Shown here: positions 61,238 to 64,000 of the stretch, in pieces
Numbering within the stretch: the stretch's first letter is position 1
Layout: each line of letters begins with the position of its first letter
Assembly: GCA_902522895.1 (NCBI GenBank)
Contig: CABYXD010000001.1
Location: 5,223-69,222 of the forward strand
Length of the DNA: 64,000 nucleotides
Source of the DNA: an uncultured Pelagibacteraceae bacterium
Lineage (GTDB): Bacteria > Pseudomonadota > Alphaproteobacteria > Pelagibacterales > Pelagibacteraceae
Direction: 5' to 3'
Program-made: the position numbers and the translations under genes
Notes under the pieces: generated by a model
Told to the model about the DNA's origin: nothing
Database searches by the model: none
What the model saw: only the letters and a program-made list of their open reading frames with translations

Positions 61238-61286
61238 TGGATTTTATTAAAAGTATAGATTCATTTCATAATTTTTTTAAAAAATA

Positions 61287-62720
61287 ATGACAAATTTGTT
61301 AAGAATTAATTTTTTATTATTTTGTAGTTTTTTTCCTGTTTTTGCTTTGAGATCAAATTTTAGTTTTAATGAAATTTTATTATCAATATTAATTTTTCTT
61401 TTACCATTAATGATAATAATTAATTTTTATTATCATTTATTTAAAAAAAATGAAATTTTGATAAATTTTAGCATTGCTTTAATTTTATTGTTGGGTATCG
61501 ATAATAATTTAGGTTTATGGAGTGGACTAATTGAACCAAACAGTACGATCATTTTTTCCTATTTTAAAAAGATTTATTTTCCAGTTTTAATTTTTTTAAT
61601 AATTATATTTTTAATTATTTTATTAATAATTCAATCAAGCAAAGGTAAAATTAAAAATATTTTTTTAGTATTTTTGATAACAATTTTTATTTTTAATATT
61701 TTTGATAAAACTAAATCTCATAAAAATATTATACAATTCGAAAAAAATTTAAATTCACAATATCTTGATGCTGATCTTATTATTATTTTTGATGAAATGT
61801 CAGGTTTTAATAGTTTGTCAAGCACTACAAAAGATGGTCAAAATTTTAATCAGAATTTTAGAGAATTACTAAAACAATATAATTTTGTATTTTATAGTGA
61901 TATAAAATCTTTTTCTAAGGAAACGCGTACCTCAATTCCTAATTTATTAAATTTTTCTAAAGATAAGGATATTAGGCATAAATATGTAAAAAATTCTAAA
62001 AGTTATTTTACTAAATTTGAATTAAGTAAAAATCTATTTTTTAAAAAGTACAAACAAATAAGTGTCTTTCAAAATATGTATTTAGATTATTGCAAATCTA
62101 CATCAGTTTATAAGTGTCAATCATATAATCCATTTAATAAATCGAAATACATTGAAGGTTATAAAAATAACTTTTTGAATAAAATTGTATCTATTTGGAA
62201 ATTAAATGGTTCAATTTTATCTACGTTTACTTGGAGAGCTTTGAGAGAGCTGAGAATAATAGACAGTATATTGGATCCTGAGGGTGAAAAAATAAAAATT
62301 AATAACCTTTTTGAAGATATAAAGAACGATATTTATTCTAATAATTTTGATTTAATTTTTGTACACACCCTTATTCCACATAAACCTTATGGATTTAACA
62401 AAAGTTGTAATTACGATGGAAAATTATCCTTAAATAACCATCGTTATTCACAAGACATGCATATTGCACAACATAATATTGAAAGAAATTGTGTAATATT
62501 TTTTTTAGAAAAATTTTTATTTGATTTACAAAAAAATCAATATTTAGATAAAATAGATTTAACAATATTGTCTGATCACGGCTCTAGAATTAACTCTAAT
62601 GAAAATAGTGCATTATCATCAATTTATGCATCAAGATCCAAAAATTCAAATTATAAGGAGATAAGTGATCCTTCTATAATTCATGATGTGTTTTCAGATA
62701 ATTTTAAAAACAAAAATTAA
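61287..62720 (+). CDS. Membrane-anchored sulfatase/alkaline-phosphatase-superfamily protein
   Basis: N-terminal TMs, then IIFDE, T..S, VH..IPH.PY, ILSDHG metal-site motifs. Confidence 0.75.
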   Translation: MTNLLRINFLLFCSFFPVFALRSNFSFNEILLSILIFLLPLMIIINFYYHLFKKNEILINFSIALILLLGIDNNLGLWSGLIEPNSTIIFSYFKKIYFPVLIFLIIIFLIILLIIQSSKGKIKNIFLVFLITIFIFNIFDKTKSHKNIIQFEKNLNSQYLDADLIIIFDEMSGFNSLSSTTKDGQNFNQNFRELLKQYNFVFYSDIKSFSKETRTSIPNLLNFSKDKDIRHKYVKNSKSYFTKFELSKNLFFKKYKQISVFQNMYLDYCKSTSVYKCQSYNPFNKSKYIEGYKNNFLNKIVSIWKLNGSILSTFTWRALRELRIIDSILDPEGEKIKINNLFEDIKNDIYSNNFDLIFVHTLIPHKPYGFNKSCNYDGKLSLNNHRYSQDMHIAQHNIERNCVIFFLEKFLFDLQKNQYLDKIDLTILSDHGSRINSNENSALSSIYASRSKNSNYKEISDPSIIHDVFSDNFKNKN

Positions 62721-63835
62721 TTATATATCCATCCACCACCCAAAACCTTATAGCCCTTTTGATCTAGATCATAAAACACACAGGCTTGGCCTGGAGAAAT
62801 TCCATCTTCAGGTTCTTTTAAATTAACTTCAGCTGAGTTATTTACCTTTAAATTTATTCTAGCATTAAGTAATTTTCCTGTGGATCTTACTTTAACCAAA
62901 ATATCTTTATTTAAATCTTTTTCATCTACTAATAAATTAAGTTTATTTATATTTATATTTTTTCTACCAAGATTTTCTCTAGGGCCTACTATAATTTCAT
63001 TTTTATCAGAATTAATTTTGAGAACATACAATGGATCTATATCTGAAACTTTAATTCCTTTTCTTTGACCTATTGTAAAATTTATTATTCCATCATGAAC
63101 ACCAATAACTTTTCCTTCTAAATCTTTTATATTTCCTTTTTGGAATGAATCTGGCTTAAATTTTCTAATAACTGAAGCATAGTCTCCATTTGGTACAAAA
63201 CATATATCCTGACTGTCAGGTTTATCTGCTACATTTAAATCTAATTTCTTTGCTATAGATCTTGTTTCATCTTTAAGCATTCCTCCTAATGGAAATCTTA
63301 AATAATTTAATTGTTCTCTTGTTGTATTAAATAAAAAATAACTCTGATCACGATTTTCATCAATTGCTCTATACATGTTGGTTTCCAGACCAGATGTAAT
63401 ACTTTTTACGTAATGTCCTGTAATTAAAGCATCTGCCTTAAGTTCTTTAGACACTTCAAATAAATCTTTAAATTTTACAGTTTGATTGCACTGTATACAA
63501 GGTATTGGAGTTTCTCCTTTAAGATAACTATCTACAAAATTATCAATTACACCTTGTTTAAATTTATCTTGGTAATATAAAATTTTATGTTTAATTCCAA
63601 GTTTATGAGCAACTCTTTTTGCATCCATAATATCTTGCCCAGAACAACATTGTTTTGAAGTAGCAACTTCTTTCCCATCATTATAAAGTTTTAAAGTAAT
63701 TCCAATCACATTATATCCATCTTTTTTCATCATACCTGCGACAGTTGAAGAATCTACACCTCCAGACATTGCAACAACAACAGTTGTCTCAGATGGTTTT
63801 TTGGGTAACCCTATAGAATTTAAGTCTTTGTTCAT
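62717..63835 (-). CDS. mnmA: tRNA-specific 2-thiouridylase
   Basis: [38 protein letters not shown]. Confidence 0.97.
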   Translation of the reverse strand: MNKDLNSIGLPKKPSETTVVVAMSGGVDSSTVAGMMKKDGYNVIGITLKLYNDGKEVATSKQCCSGQDIMDAKRVAHKLGIKHKILYYQDKFKQGVIDNFVDSYLKGETPIPCIQCNQTVKFKDLFEVSKELKADALITGHYVKSITSGLETNMYRAIDENRDQSYFLFNTTREQLNYLRFPLGGMLKDETRSIAKKLDLNVADKPDSQDICFVPNGDYASVIRKFKPDSFQKGNIKDLEGKVIGVHDGIINFTIGQRKGIKVSDIDPLYVLKINSDKNEIIVGPRENLGRKNININKLNLLVDEKDLNKDILVKVRSTGKLLNARINLKVNNSAEVNLKEPEDGISPGQACVFYDLDQKGYKVLGGGWIYN

Positions 63836-63875
63836 TAACTGGTATTTATACTTATTTCTATTATAAGTTAAATAA

Positions 63876-64000
63876 ATGATATTAGATTTTGAGCCTGGTG
63901 ATAAAGTTTATAATCCATCAAATAAAGATTGGGGTATTGGACAAGTTCAATCAATAATTAAAGAAAAAATCACAGTTAATTTTGAGAATGCTGGCAAAAA
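63876..64000 (+). CDS. DUF3553-like small protein, N-terminal part (runs off window)
   Basis: Manual translation [41 protein letters not shown]. Confidence 0.72.
   Translation, partial: MILDFEPGDKVYNPSNKDWGIGQVQSIIKEKITVNFENAGK

Noticed and set aside
424-63068. Many 60-135 aa antisense or alternative-frame ORFs in the track (e.g. 5480..5884, 22108..22464, 33046..33360, 34293..34598, 54791..55015, 58361..58753)
   Set aside because: They lie within or largely overlap well-supported genes and show no recognisable motifs; treated as shadow ORFs
1-64000. CRISPR arrays, IS elements, rRNA, riboswitches, defence systems
   Set aside because: No repeat-spacer periodicity, transposase, rRNA-like GC-rich tract or recognisable aptamer found by eye; intergenic gaps are mostly under 125 nt. 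A covariance-model scan was not possible

Overview
AT-rich, gene-dense, streamlined alphaproteobacterial DNA, most consistent with a Pelagibacterales (SAR11) genome (inferred from gene order, minimal intergenic space, Lys-rich proteins and aprMBA; GC not computed). 1-26 kb is conserved core on the minus strand: tRNA-Leu, tig-clpP-clpX-lon, tRNA-Val, tRNA-Asp, nuoA-N, birA, coaX, rnj, proS, lolE/lolD. 26-30 kb holds small and hypothetical genes. 30-55 kb is the most interesting part, a dispersed organosulfonate/sulfite neighbourhood: TRAP transporter, GMC dehydrogenase (IseJ/HpdH-like), HpsO-like SDR, xsc divergent from suyAB, two candidate sulfite/sulfate exporters, and aprMBA with no sat in the window but a HIT-family nucleotidyl hydrolase directly upstream. 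Three NDP-sugar epimerases interrupt this block. 55-64 kb holds pabBAC, an MFS transporter, metC, a 27-aa Lys/Arg-rich ORF, a YLDPGTGS small protein plus a sulfatase-like membrane protein, and mnmA. Several short ORFs missing from the supplied track were read by hand. No mobile element, CRISPR array or rRNA was seen. Family assignments come from motif recognition, not database searches.
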